The position numbers were made by a program, and so were the translations under genes. Source: Lingula anatina (lineage: Eukaryota > Animalia > Brachiopoda). Taken from it: a stretch of 64,000 nt of DNA. Under the pieces are notes generated by a model that saw nothing but the letters and a program-made list of their open reading frames with translations, did not search any database and had not been told where the DNA came from. Numbering within the stretch: position 1 is the first letter of the stretch; each line of letters begins with the position of its first letter. Positions 62,636 to 64,000 of the stretch are shown here, in pieces. The DNA lies in NCBI GenBank assembly GCA_051362555.1, contig CM120643.1, positions 29,268,848-29,332,847 of the forward strand, in the 5' to 3' direction.

Positions 62636-62709
62636 GTATGTACCTATGTACACAAAGAAACTGTCCAGTTCATGTAGTAGTATGTTGTTTAAACAAGAGG
62701 TATGTACCT
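62590..62709 (+). repeat. ~65-bp duplication spanning the next GLG1 exon end and donor
   Basis: AAAGAAACTGTCCAGTTCATGTAG.AGTATGTTGTTTAAAC.AGAGGTATGTACCT occurs twice. Confidence 0.92.
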
Positions 62710-62915
62710 GCATGCATACGCGCAGGCAAACAAAACAAACACAAACACGCACACACTTCATAAGACTGGAATTTCTCACATTTTATTAACAAGCCTTTAA
62801 GAACATCAAATTCGGATCAAATATAATCTCAAAATGAAACCTATAGATGATGGAATGATTTAAAAACCCCACCAATCCCATAATATTGTGCACCTTCAAG
62901 AATATATTCACAAGT

Positions 62916-63925
62916 CAGATGTCCTATCTCCTGGTCACTTGTCTGATATTGGTGTCAATAGGGTCATTCAGATGTCCTATCTCCTGGTCACTTGTCTGAT
63001 ATTGGTGTCAATAGGGTCATTCAGATGTCCTATCTCCTGGTCATTTGTCTGATATTGGTGTCAATAGGGCCATTCAGATGTCCTATCTCCTGGTCATTTG
63101 TCTGATATTGGTGTCAATAGGGTCATCCAGATGTCCTATCTCCTGGTCACTTGTCTGATATTGGTGTCAATAGGGTCATTCAGATGTCCTATCTCCTGGT
63201 CATTTGTCTGATATTGGTGTCAATAGGGTCATTCAGATGTCCTATCTCCTGGTCATTTGTCTGATATTGGTGTCAGTAGGGGCATTCAGATGTCCTATCT
63301 CCTGGTCATTTGTCTGATATTGGTGTCAGTAGGGGCATTCAGATGTCCTATCTACTGGTCATTTGCCTGATATTGGTGTCAGTAGGGGCATTCAGATGTC
63401 CTATCTACTGGTCACTTGTCTGATATTGGTGTCAATAGGGGCATTCAGATGTCCTATCTCCTGGTCATTTGTCTGATATTGGTGTCAGTAGGGGCATTCA
63501 GATGTCCTATCTACTGGTCATTTGTCTGATATTGGTGTCAGTAGGGGCATTCAGTTGTCCCATCTCCTGGTCATTTGTCTGATATTGGTGTCAGTAGGGG
63601 CATTCAGATGTCCTATCTACTGGTCATTTGTCTGATATTGGTGTCAGTAGGGACATTGAGATGTCCTATCTCCTGGTCTCTTGCCTGATATTGGTGTCAA
63701 TAGGGACATTGAGATGTCCTATCTACTGGTCACTTGCCTGATATTTGTGTCAATAGGGACATTCAGATGTCCTATCTACTGGTCACTTGTCTGATATTGG
63801 TGTCAATAGGGGCATTCAGATGTCCTATCTCCTGGTCATTTGTCTGATATTGGTGTCAATAGGGGCATTCAGATGTCCTATCTACTGGTCATTTGCCTGA
63901 TATTGGTGTCAACAGGGGTGTTCAG
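62916..63925. repeat. 53-bp minisatellite, ~19 copies
   Basis: Unit CAGATGTCCTATCTCCTGGTCAYTTGTCTGATATTGGTGTCAATAGGGKCATT. Confidence 0.97.
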
Positions 63926-64000
63926 AACCACTTTGTCTGCGGACTAACTAGTCTGCAAATAATGGAAATATGGCGCACATTTGACCATGGATCCCTGCCT

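Noticed and set aside
62916-63925. CRISPR-like regularity of the 53-bp array (and of the 146-bp array)
   Set aside because: Units are head-to-tail with no unique spacers, there are no cas genes, and the context is a eukaryotic intron.

Overview
AT-rich, intron-rich eukaryotic (metazoan, probably marine invertebrate) genomic DNA, not prokaryotic. Three gene loci are visible. (1) A 4-exon secreted C-type lectin gene on the minus strand (1055-3837). (2) A tandem cluster of classical short-chain dehydrogenase/reductase (SDR) genes at 4.8-40.4 kb: five apparently intact 6-exon copies, one frameshifted copy and four relics, interleaved with nested transposons (Tc1/mariner, Helentron-type non-autonomous elements, several MITE types). 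(3) The 5' part of a GLG1 (Golgi apparatus protein 1 / cysteine-rich FGF receptor) gene from 42892 running off the window. The most notable observations are a pair of homologous, phase-incompatible (apparently mutually exclusive) exons in GLG1; SDR paralogs with divergent active sites, including loss of the catalytic Ser/Asn, that resemble from memory the C-terminal reductase domain of fungal glycine betaine reductase ATRR; reciprocal loss of two possible first exons in SDR copies 5 and 6; tandem duplication of GLG1 splice donors; and satellite arrays carried inside Helentron-like elements. All exon models were built by eye from GT-AG sites and reading-frame continuity. No database search was possible.
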